From: Colwellia polaris
GTDB taxonomy: Archaea > Nanohalarchaeota > Nanosalinia > Nanosalinales > Nanosalinaceae
Direction: 5' to 3'
Length of the DNA stretch: 14,667 nt
Assembly: GCA_047617785.1 (NCBI GenBank)
Contig: JBLGBK010000015.1
Coordinates: 1-14,667, forward strand
Part shown: positions 1 to 9,242 of the stretch, in pieces
How the letters are laid out: the number at the start of each line of letters is the position of its first letter
Position numbering within the stretch: the first letter of the stretch is position 1
Made by a program: the position numbers and the translations under genes
The notes under the pieces: generated by a model
What the model was told of the DNA's origin: nothing
Databases searched by the model: none
Seen by the model: only the letters and a program-made list of their open reading frames with translations

Positions 1-2391
1 GGTTATTTGTAGGATTTCGTTTCTGAGGAGGTTGCTTATTTGGGAGGTGGTTGTTGAGTAGCTTGTTGTTACTATTTCGATTCTATTTGAGGAAATTGTT
101 CTGAAGGAGTTAGTGGTAGGTACTAATGATTCGCTTATAGATCTACCCAAATCTGAGGTGATGGTTTCTTGGTCTTCTGGTATTATTTGTTGCTGTAGTA
201 GTCTTGCGATGTCTGTAGCTCTTGTTATTTCACTTTCTGAATTCAAAGTTTCTAATTGGGTTCTCAAGTTTGTGAGTGCTCTTGAACTAGTTGTGCCTAT
301 ATTGGCTGTTAAACTATACTCTCTCTGTACACTTTCTGTTCTACTTCTCTCTATACCTGTTGAAATAATATCTGAGATTATTCTGTTTCCTGCGACTGCT
401 CTTGTAAAGCTCCCTGTGAAATAGGATGTTGTTTCGTCTGTTCTAATTAAGTTGCTAGCTGAGTTTTGAACATTATTTGTTTGGAAGTTTTCTGATAGGA
501 GTCTTGACTCTGTTAGGCTTCTTAATTCGGATGTTAGGGTTTCAAAGTTGGTATTCTCTATTCTGTTGATTGACGATGTTCTTTGTCTGTTTTCGTAGTA
601 GTCCATTGCCAAATTTTCAAGTCTTTCCAAAAATATTTGGCTTTCAACGTTTCCCTCGCCTACAATTGTTTCCATAATAGATCTGCTGTTTGCTAAGTTT
701 CTGTTAGAATTGATTTCTAAACCTGTCGACTGAGAAAGTATTCTAGCTATATCTTCTGCTCTCGAAAAGCTGCTAGTTGTCGCTATATTTGCACTGTTCT
801 CTCTAAAATTGGTTATAGTTCTCGATACTGTCCGTTCACTCGATATTATTTCGTTAGTAATTCTTTCTTGTAGGGTCTGTCGTTGTATAGATGTTCTGCT
901 TAAAATAGTTGACCTAATATCTCTTTCTCCATCTAATATACGGTTTATGTCTTCTTGGTATTCAAGTTCTTGAGTTAATAATCTGGCGTTTATAAGGGAT
1001 CTCACTGCCGATGATTCGGCTGATAAACTCTCTCTAACTGATCTTATACTATTTAATGTTCTAAATTGATTTATTTGAGATGTAACTGTGTCTGCGACCA
1101 ATCTCTGAACGTTTGAATTACGTGTAGCGGTATTTTCTAACGTCAAAGTTCGCTCGAATAATCTTGAAGTTACTAGAGATCTTTCAGTGTTGCTTGATTG
1201 TAGTATTTCTTCTGTGGTTATTCTTTGAATTATTGTTTGTAGGGATTGTGTGTCTGTAATATCTATTGCTGTATTCTCTAATCTTAGCTGCGTTAGTTCT
1301 CTGAGGCTTTCGATGTTAGAGGAATATGTCTGGCTTATGGTTCTTGATCCTGCAACAATTCTTGCTTCTTCAATACTTTGGACGTATGTATCTTCTAGTA
1401 AACGCTGAAGAGTGCCAGACTGGGTAAGATCGCTGTTGGCTCCTAAGCTTTCTGTCAATTTCCTATATGAAATTATTTCTCGAGCTATATTGCTGCTTGA
1501 TTCAAAGCTCTCTGAAATTGATCGGGAGTTGAGAGCTGTTCTTAGAGAAGTGTCTTCAAATCCGGTGAATTGATTGAATTCTCTATTAATAGCTGAGCTT
1601 ATATCTTGGTCGCTAGTGTAATAGAAATTGTCTATGAATTCTCTGAGGTTGGTCAACTGTCTTATGTTTGAGTCAGTATTGTAAATCTGATCTGTAACTG
1701 TTCTAAATCCTCTGAATTCTCTGTATGAGGCGGGTGAGGTGGTATTGAGATTCTGGCTTATTGTTCTTAGATTTGAGAGAAATCTGTTTTCTGCGCTATT
1801 GAGATTAAAGGAGGAAGTTAGTAGTCTTTCTGCTATTATTCTTCGCGAAGGCGAATCAGATATGTTATAGTTTTCCTCAAACATTCTTTGTAAAGAGGTT
1901 GATCTAGAGTTTAGATCGGCTACACTTAGAGAGATTGGATTGTTTCGGAATATGTTCTGTGAGCTGGTAAGTGTTTCTTGATATTCAAATGATTCGATTT
2001 GGTCTCGGAAACCTTGGTAAAATGAAAATTCATCTAGATTAATTTCTACTGCTTGACTGAAGACTCTTGTAAGATCATTTATTCTTACCCCGGGAGCTTT
2101 GAAACTGGCGCCGGTTATAATAGGTCTCTGATTATCTGCTCCTCTTGGATTTTTTTCATCAGCAGATATACTTTCATCTTGCTCCGGTTTGATAACTTGT
2201 CTTCTCTTTGAAGTTTCTGCAGACGTGATTGTTTCTTTACTTAGCCTGCTGAAAGCTGTTTTCCTAGAGTTATTTGTATCTGCATTAATTTTCTGCGCAT
2301 AACTTCTGCCTCCTTTAAAATCACTTCTTAATTTCTTGAATCTAAAGGAGAATTTTTCTGTTTTAGTTCTATTGTATTTGTAATTTTCTCT
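1..2391 (-). repeat. Degenerate protein-level tandem repeat, 20 aa (60 nt) period, about 40 units visible
   Basis: Consecutive units: R-EFNQFTGFEDTSL-R-TALNS / R-SISESFESSSNIA-R-EIISY / R-KLTESLGANSDLT-Q-SGTLQ / R-LLEDTYVQSIEEA-R-IVAGS / R-TISQTYSSNIESL-R-ELTQL. Arg codons (tct on +) recur in the same columns of the 60-nt lines. An occasional unit is 21 aa. Confidence 0.88.
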
Positions 2392-3780
2392 CGCTCTGAA
2401 GGATTTGGTCTGTGTTGATTGTGTGTTGCCTGAGCTATCGTTGTACCATATTCTCCAGTGAATAGATTTATTTCCTTTTATGCTCTCATTTTTCCAATTG
2501 AAAGAAGTGGTTTTCCATGAATCTACTGAGGAGAGCTGTATGGGAGAACCATAATTTTCTGTCTTATTCTGCCAGGCACCTGTCTCGTTAGTAGCAAGTT
2601 TTGCAGACTCTAATTCATAATTATCTCTACCTTCTGCTTCCAATCTTATACTATCTTTAAAGGTCATTAGAGAGCGATTTTGCTGAGGATTTCTTGTTTC
2701 AGGAGGGGTGAGATCCACAACTTCAAAGCTTCCTGTACTGTTGCTCCAAAGGTTGTGGTTGTCTTTAGCCCAGATTGTATAGGACCATTCTCCTAGCGAG
2801 GTTCTCTCACTAAAGCTATAATTGGCTTCAAAAGTCCCTGAGTCGTTTCTAAGATTTGTAGAGGAAATATTGGACATTGAAGAGTTTTTCAACCTTATAT
2901 CGCCATTAGAATCTCTTATCGTTACTTGGACCTCTACTAAGGTATCTATATCTGTCACGTTACTCCTCAAAGTCAGTTTATCGCTGTCTACAAATAGGTT
3001 TGTGTTATTTAGATCTGGGTAGTTAGTTCCGTTAAATGTCTTTTTAGTATCTATTAGAGGTTTCTCGTTAGGAGTATAAGTTATTAATATGCTTCCATCA
3101 CTCCCGTCTGATCCGCTTGTGTCTCCTCCGGGGGCGCCTCCTCCCTCAATTTGATTGATTAACTCTACTTCGCTACTTGTCAGACCTGAACCCGGATTTC
3201 CTGATGTCCCGGCCTCATCTCCTCCGGGGGCTGCTCCTCCCACAGTACCGTTTGCTCCTGCACCGGCATTAGCTGTACAGCCATCAAGAAACCCTGCTTC
3301 TCCTTCTCCTCCAGAACCTCCTCCTGCAACTATCAAATCATTGCCTGTGCCAGGATCTACGACGGCGGACATACCTCCTCCGCCACCACTGGTCCCACAA
3401 TCTCCGGGGGCGGTTTGACCTGTTGCTCGGCCCCAACCGCCGCTTCCGCTATTGCTGCTTCCGCCTCCTGCTTCGGCAGGATAGATTTCGATTTGCGTTC
3501 TTGATGCTGTGGATATATTTCCTTCTATAAATCCTCCTGATCCACCTTGGTATCCGTCTCCTGAACCTCCTCCTCCAGGACCATTAACTTCTACGTTAAT
3601 TTCTTTATTTACCACGCCTTTCTCAGGTTTAGTCCAAGTCTGCGCTTGATTGTTACCTTCGTAGATAAATGATTCGGTCTGCTGGGTTGGATAAGCTGTT
3701 GCAGAAGTTATAGCTGAGGCTGTAAATATGATTAAAAGTGCTATTAGTAGTGCTGTTCGGAAAGATTCTGAGGTCAGCAT
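1..3780 (-). CDS. Giant secreted surface/fibre protein, partial (at least 1260 aa; 3' end lies beyond the window). Signal peptide, Gly-rich head, two Ig-like domains, 20-aa repeat stalk
   Basis: Manual translation from ATG at 3780 (in-frame TAG upstream at 3811-3813) shows no stop down to base 1. It begins MLTSESFRTALLIALLIIFTASAITSATA (signal peptide). Gly-rich domain ~3660-3076: QTWTKP..VEVNGPGGGGSG..GGSGGFIEG..GGGGGMSAV..LIVAGGGSGG..GSDGSILITY. Beta-rich domains follow with VVDLTPP and WRIWYNDSSGN. It is absent from the ORF track because it has no stop codon in the window. Confidence 0.93.
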   Translation of the reverse strand, partial: MLTSESFRTALLIALLIIFTASAITSATAYPTQQTESFIYEGNNQAQTWTKPEKGVVNKEINVEVNGPGGGGSGDGYQGGSGGFIEGNISTASRTQIEIYPAEAGGGSSNSGSGGWGRATGQTAPGDCGTSGGGGGMSAVVDPGTGNDLIVAGGGSGGEGEAGFLDGCTANAGAGANGTVGGAAPGGDEAGTSGNPGSGLTSSEVELINQIEGGGAPGGDTSGSDGSDGSILITYTPNEKPLIDTKKTFNGTNYPDLNNTNLFVDSDKLTLRSNVTDIDTLVEVQVTIRDSNGDIRLKNSSMSNISSTNLRNDSGTFEANYSFSERTSLGEWSYTIWAKDNHNLWSNSTGSFEVVDLTPPETRNPQQNRSLMTFKDSIRLEAEGRDNYELESAKLATNETGAWQNKTENYGSPIQLSSVDSWKTTSFNWKNESIKGNKSIHWRIWYNDSSGNTQSTQTKSFRARENYKYNRTKTEKFSFRFKKLRSDFKGGRSYAQKINADTNNSRKTAFSRLSKETITSAETSKRRQVIKPEQDESISADEKNPRGADNQRPIITGASFKAPGVRINDLTRVFSQAVEINLDEFSFYQGFRDQIESFEYQETLTSSQNIFRNNPISLSVADLNSRSTSLQRMFEENYNISDSPSRRIIAERLLTSSFNLNSAENRFLSNLRTISQNLNTTSPASYREFRGFRTVTDQIYNTDSNIRQLTNLREFIDNFYYTSDQDISSAINREFNQFTGFEDTSLRTALNSRSISESFESSSNIAREIISYRKLTESLGANSDLTQSGTLQRLLEDTYVQSIEEARIVAGSRTISQTYSSNIESLRELTQLRLENTAIDITDTQSLQTIIQRITTEEILQSSNTERSLVTSRLFERTLTLENTATRNSNVQRLVADTVTSQINQFRTLNSIRSVRESLSAESSAVRSLINARLLTQELEYQEDINRILDGERDIRSTILSRTSIQRQTLQERITNEIISSERTVSRTITNFRENSANIATTSSFSRAEDIARILSQSTGLEINSNRNLANSRSIMETIVGEGNVESQIFLERLENLAMDYYENRQRTSSINRIENTNFETLTSELRSLTESRLLSENFQTNNVQNSASNLIRTDETTSYFTGSFTRAVAGNRIISDIISTGIERSRTESVQREYSLTANIGTTSSRALTNLRTQLETLNSESEITRATDIARLLQQQIIPEDQETITSDLGRSISESLVPTTNSFRTISSNRIEIVTTSYSTTTSQISNLLRNEILQIT

Positions 3781-3795
3781 TTTTCCAGCTTCTTG

Positions 3796-3822
3796 ATATT
3801 TTCCTATGATCTAGGAAAATAT
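3796..3822. promoter_or_regulatory. Perfect 11-bp inverted repeat just upstream of the giant gene; candidate operator or 5' hairpin
   Basis: atattttccta-tgatc-taggaaaatat, ending 15 nt before the ATG at 3780. A TATA-like ttttatt lies on the minus strand near 3836-3844. Confidence 0.45.
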
Positions 3823-3904
3823 GAGTTTTACTAGAATAAAAAATTGTTACAATTAACCGTTTAGATAGATTTAAACGAGTAAGAATACTTTAGCTCAAGA
3901 ATAG

Positions 3905-3928
3905 GATAAAAAAGGAAGAAAAATAGGC
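3905..3928 (-). terminator. Archaeal U-rich terminator candidate after the 207-aa gene
   Basis: The minus strand reads cctatttttcttccttttttatc shortly after the stop at 3943. Confidence 0.45.
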
Positions 3929-3942
3929 TAGAGTTTTAATCT

Positions 3943-4566
3943 CTAGTTGCCTCCGTCGCTAATTGTGACGTTATGGGTAACTGTTAACTGATCTCCATCA
4001 AGCAGGTTAGCGTCCGGGAATGCGCCTCCTGAGATTAATTGGTTGCCGGCGTTATCAGATGCGTAGTTTAGTCCGGTTGTGTTGACTACCAATTGTTGAT
4101 CCTCGCCAAGGTTAGCGGTGAAAGTGTTCTGAACCTGGAATTCTCCGTCTCCGAAGACTGTTGTAGTTCCTTGAGTTCTCTCAAGATTGTACTGTGTGAT
4201 TTCTCCAGGTAGAACTGTATCGCCAGCTTGAGGAGCGGTTGTGTTACCAACTGATATGTACTGTGCCTCGTTGCTGTCACTTCCTTCTCCATTGTTGGCT
4301 GAGATCTGGCTTCTGATCCAGTTCTGTCCTTGATTGGTCAGGATGTTATGTTCCTTTTCTCTATATACTACTTCACCGTCTCTCTCTACTTCAACGGTAT
4401 AAACTCCTTCCCATTGACTGGAGTCTTCTGCAGAACTTGCTTTCTGCATAACGTCTCCGTTATCAAAAGCTGCTCCTGCTCCGAAGGAGACTACTAGTCC
4501 TAATGAAAGCAGAGCTACAAGTTGTCCTTGCGCACCCTGCCCTAAAATTTCCATTGGGTTTTCCAT
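3943..4566 (-). CDS. Secreted or membrane-anchored protein resembling phage tail-collar/tail-fibre attachment domains
   Basis: 207 aa with N-terminal hydrophobic segment LVALLSLGLVVSFGAGAA. Motif series HNILTNQG..WI, YISVGNTTAP..GDTVL.GEI...L.R, FTA, V..TGL, GDQLTVTHNVTI resembles phage tail-collar-like proteins (recognised by eye). TATA box at 4590-4595. Confidence 0.8.
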   Translation of the reverse strand: MENPMEILGQGAQGQLVALLSLGLVVSFGAGAAFDNGDVMQKASSAEDSSQWEGVYTVEVERDGEVVYREKEHNILTNQGQNWIRSQISANNGEGSDSNEAQYISVGNTTAPQAGDTVLPGEITQYNLERTQGTTTVFGDGEFQVQNTFTANLGEDQQLVVNTTGLNYASDNAGNQLISGGAFPDANLLDGDQLTVTHNVTISDGGN

Positions 4567-4589
4567 AACAAGTCTAATGCTGACGCTGG

Positions 4590-4595
4590 TTTAAA
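4590..4595 (-). promoter_or_regulatory. TATA box for a leaderless transcript of the 207-aa gene
   Basis: tttaaa 23 nt upstream of ATG 4566. Similar spacing occurs at 5245-5250, 12751-12756 and 14157-14162. Confidence 0.65.
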
Positions 4596-4598
4596 TAT

Positions 4599-4907
4599 TT
4601 AAATATATTCGCGCCAGAGAATCAATGAACCTGCCAGCAAAACTGGTATGAAAGATTTGTTGATGATATCCATGTTTATGCTAAGTGTATGGACAGGAAG
4701 CCGTAAGGTACCGAAATAATACTCACGCATTACTGTGGCACTGACTTCTGTACATACTCCGACCTGATCGGTCACCCCTCTCTCAGGATCCACCTGAGGG
4801 TCACACTGTGTTGATATATTTCCAGGCAGTGCAAAAACAGTAAGAATATACATAGGAATCATCAGAACTAAAGCTATAGAACCTATTTTCCTTTTCGATA
4901 AATCCAT
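4599..4907 (-). CDS. Small two-TM membrane protein (102 aa) with a two-Cys loop; hypothetical
   Basis: ATG at 4907 (MDLSKRKIGSIALVLMIPMYILTVFALP...) is preferred over the track's start at 4934, because a TATA-like tttgaa sits at 4930-4935. Hydrophobic segments at both ends and two Cys in the loop. Confidence 0.72.
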   Translation of the reverse strand: MDLSKRKIGSIALVLMIPMYILTVFALPGNISTQCDPQVDPERGVTDQVGVCTEVSATVMREYYFGTLRLPVHTLSINMDIINKSFIPVLLAGSLILWREYI

Positions 4908-5274
4908 ATCTTTAGATGCTACTAGGGTATTCAAATTACTTTTCCCTCATATTCTAGACAGCGAGCTATATCGTCCTACCCTGTATAGGCCAGAAAAAGG
5001 ACCGGGAAAATAACTTGCCAGAGATACACAAGCACAATCTGATCGAGGAGTCAGAAGAGGGTTTTAAATCTGTCTTTTCAGGATGCCTCCTAGAATTTAT
5101 AGACTCTATGTGAGGAAAACTCAATTCCTACCACTAAGTTCTGAGTTGCTGGATACAGAGGAATTTAGAACGAACATGTCTAAGTATGCGAAATATAACT
5201 TAGGTCTACTTCTAGTTTCTGTTTTTGAGCTCTGTTGAGTTTGATTTAAGTTTTTGAAGGGGTAAGTCTCATCC

Positions 5275-6597
5275 ATGAACGTTGTATTTATTGTACTGGA
5301 TACCTTGAGAAGTGATCGTCTTTCAATATATAATGAGGAAATTGATTTCACCGATAATATAGAGGAGTTTGCGGAGAAATCGCTCGTCTATGATAATGCT
5401 ATGGCGCAGGCACCGTGGACTCTGCCTTCTCATGCATCAATGTTTACGGGAGAGTATCCATGGGAACATAATGCAACTCAGAAAAACCTGTTTTTGACAA
5501 CTGATAAGACGACCCTAGCAGAGAAGTTTACAGAGGCAGGATACAGCACAGCAAGCTACACCGCCAATACCTGGGTTTCGCCCTACACTGGTATCACGAA
5601 AGGATTTGAGGATACTGATAACATGTTCGGCTGGATAGACAACAACTTCATCTCCGATAAGGCAAGTAAGCTATGGATATGGGCGAACCAGGGACGTACA
5701 AAAAAGATAACAGAAACAATAGTAGATCTAGGAGAGTACCTGCAATGGGGTACAGATAGAGGAAAAATCTCAAAAACCCCTGAAACACTTGACAAAGCTG
5801 AAGAATTTATTGAAAGCAATGAAGAAGATGACTTCTTCCTTTTCATGAACTTGCTTGATGCACATCTACCCTATTATCCTCCGGAAGACTACAGAGAGAA
5901 ACATGCATCGAATGTCGAGCCATCAGAAGTCTGTCAAAGAGCTCATGAACATAACGCAGATCTGGTGAATGCTGACTTCGAATCTATAAGGAAGCTGTAT
6001 GATGCAGAGGCAGACTATCTTGATGACCAGCTTGGGCGTTTCTTCGACTATATGGAGGAACAAGGATTGATAGAAGATACCGTTTTTGTCATAGCATCAG
6101 ATCATGGGGAGAACTTGGGAGAAGATGACATGTATGGACACCAGTTCTCAGTATCTGAAGAAGTAGTAAACATCCCTCTACTGATTAGAGCGCCAGGTGT
6201 TGAGAGCGGAAGAGTAGAAACCCCTTTCGAACTCAGAGAACTCTACAACGTTATACCACGACTGACAGAAATTGAGGATGCTGAAGCTGATCTATCAGGC
6301 GTTAAATATGCCTTAGGAGGCTATGAATATCCTGTTATGGAACTCAAGAATGTTCCTGAAGATAAGCAAGACCTCGGAAAGCAATTACGCTTTGTACGCT
6401 CCGAAAAAAAGAAACTGATCAAAGAAGGTCAGGAAGATGCGTACTATCGAATGATTGATCTAGAGGAAAACGAAGAAATAGATGTCAAAGAACAGTTCCG
6501 GCAGAAAATCGATAGAATAGGAGAGGCCTCACAGGGAGATACCGATATTGACGATGAGCAAGTAAAAGACAGGCTTGAAGATCTAGGTTACATGTGA
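5275..6597 (+). CDS. Sulfatase-like / alkaline phosphatase superfamily protein
   Basis: IVLDTLRSD metal site, APWTLPSHASMFTG active-site motif, DAHLPY, ASDHGE, GHQ and the C-terminal RLEDLGY typical of haloarchaeal members. Acidic. TATA at 5245-5250. Confidence 0.92.
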   Translation: MNVVFIVLDTLRSDRLSIYNEEIDFTDNIEEFAEKSLVYDNAMAQAPWTLPSHASMFTGEYPWEHNATQKNLFLTTDKTTLAEKFTEAGYSTASYTANTWVSPYTGITKGFEDTDNMFGWIDNNFISDKASKLWIWANQGRTKKITETIVDLGEYLQWGTDRGKISKTPETLDKAEEFIESNEEDDFFLFMNLLDAHLPYYPPEDYREKHASNVEPSEVCQRAHEHNADLVNADFESIRKLYDAEADYLDDQLGRFFDYMEEQGLIEDTVFVIASDHGENLGEDDMYGHQFSVSEEVVNIPLLIRAPGVESGRVETPFELRELYNVIPRLTEIEDAEADLSGVKYALGGYEYPVMELKNVPEDKQDLGKQLRFVRSEKKKLIKEGQEDAYYRMIDLEENEEIDVKEQFRQKIDRIGEASQGDTDIDDEQVKDRLEDLGYM

Positions 6598-6601
6598 TAT
6601 C

Positions 6602-7321
6602 ATGACTCAATTATCTGTAATTATACCGGCATATAACGATGCGGAACATCTAGAAGAGCTTCTTGAAACGGTCAGAGACCAGCAGTTCGAGGATTATGAA
6701 GTAATTGTTAAAGACGCTGAAAGTACCGACGATACGGAAGAAGTAGCTAAAAGCTTCGATGTTCAGTTTGTAAGTTCTGAAGATCATGGCCCTGGAGATG
6801 CCCGAAATCAGGGGGTTGAAAAGGCAGAAGGAGATATAGTACTTTTCCTAGACGCTGATACCCGTCTAATGCATGAGAAAGTCTTCGATAATGTAATTGA
6901 AACCATGCAAGATGACTCTGTAGTAGGAGGCTCATCAACATGGAAGACCTATGACACAAACATTCGAGGGAAACTAATGCTTGGCGCAGGTTCTTTCATG
7001 ATGAAAATTGCCAATATGACAGGAGTAATGACTGCAGGAGTTGGAACCTTCATGTTTGTTGACAGAAAGGTCTTCCAGCATATAGGAGGCTATGATGCAG
7101 AACTTCCATATCATGAAGATCATGCCTTGCTTGAGGAGCTGGAAGAATATGGAGAGATAAAGATACTTGATAAACAAGTTTGGGTCTCGGGAAGAAGAGT
7201 ATCACAGCGAGGTATGATAGGAACGTTCATGGATTATATTCCACCATCTCTTAACTACATGGTTGGGCGAGAAGAGTATGTTAAAGAAAAGTATACTTTT
7301 CGCTCATCAAGCGGCAATTAA
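6602..7321 (+). CDS. Glycosyltransferase family 2
   Basis: LSVIIPAYN, EVIVKDAESTDDT, GPGDARNQG, LFLDAD (DxD), GGYD...EDH, SGRR. Starts 4 nt after the sulfatase stop, so probably an operon. Confidence 0.93.
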   Translation: MTQLSVIIPAYNDAEHLEELLETVRDQQFEDYEVIVKDAESTDDTEEVAKSFDVQFVSSEDHGPGDARNQGVEKAEGDIVLFLDADTRLMHEKVFDNVIETMQDDSVVGGSSTWKTYDTNIRGKLMLGAGSFMMKIANMTGVMTAGVGTFMFVDRKVFQHIGGYDAELPYHEDHALLEELEEYGEIKILDKQVWVSGRRVSQRGMIGTFMDYIPPSLNYMVGREEYVKEKYTFRSSSGN

Positions 7322-7472
7322 CCGTTGAAACCAATTTCCAATATCTGTTCTTCAATACTTTCTCTTATTTCTATAGGGCGTGACAAAAAGGCAAAGAATT
7401 CGTCAAGCTATCTATTCAAGAAAAATTACAGTTCTTCAGAAAAGTGATGAGAAAAGTAAGTAGGAGAGACAG

Positions 7473-7516
7473 AAAATCGTGGTTTCCCAGATTTGTTTCC
7501 GGGAAACCTGATTTTT
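7473..7516 (-). other. Hairpin in the 16S 3' trailer
   Basis: aaaatc-gt-ggtttccc ... gggaaacc-t-gatttt inverted repeat immediately beyond the 16S 3' end. Confidence 0.55.
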
Positions 7517-7517
7517 A

Positions 7518-8994
<1,477 letters not shown>

Positions 8995-9134
8995 TGCTCC
9001 AAACTCAATTGGAGGGTTCTTGACGGGTATTTAATATGAATGGAAAGTTCCAAACTTTCCAAGTCAAGATAGTGCATACAGCAAAACTGTATGCGGCTAC
9101 ATAGTTGAAACACGAGATATGTGTTTCGTGGTCC

Positions 9135-9177
9135 GTCTCTCCTACATCACGTAATATTATTTTACTACGCTCATCAT
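9135..9177 (-). other. 5' arm of the pre-16S processing stem, pairing with 7445-7470
   Basis: gtctctcctac (9135-9145) is the exact reverse complement of gtaggagagac (7460-7470). ctcatca (9171-9177) complements tgatgag (7445-7451). Confidence 0.75.
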
Positions 9178-9242
9178 CGTCCTCTCGGACTATACCCCGG
9201 ACTCACTCTCGTGATCGGGTAACAATACAGTCAAGGTTAAAC

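Noticed and set aside
1-2391. 60-nt periodicity as a possible CRISPR array or DNA tandem repeat
   Set aside because: There is no conserved nucleotide repeat. The periodicity is limited to codon positions of an open reading frame.
113-3418. Plus-strand ORFs 113-424, 2822-3022 and the Pro-rich 3155-3418
   Set aside because: They are antisense shadows of the giant minus-strand gene. The Pro runs mirror its Gly codons.
1-3780. Naming the giant protein SPEARE or an S-layer protein
   Set aside because: No protease or restriction-endonuclease domain is recognisable in the visible part and the C-terminus is missing, so the name cannot be supported.
1-4907. Intact provirus
   Set aside because: No capsid, terminase, portal, integrase or att site is visible, and the proteins carry export signals. 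Sequence left of the window is unseen.
4086-7177. Short ORFs 4086-4292, 5121-5351, 5583-5846, 6747-6959 and 6974-7177, plus a 51-aa plus-strand ORF at 5083-5238
   Set aside because: The first five overlap well-supported genes in other frames or strands. The 51-aa ORF lacks a properly spaced promoter and any recognisable motif.
7322-7517. tRNA-Ala or 23S start downstream of the 16S
   Set aside because: No cloverleaf, T-loop motif or 23S 5' sequence is present. The region is AT-rich trailer.
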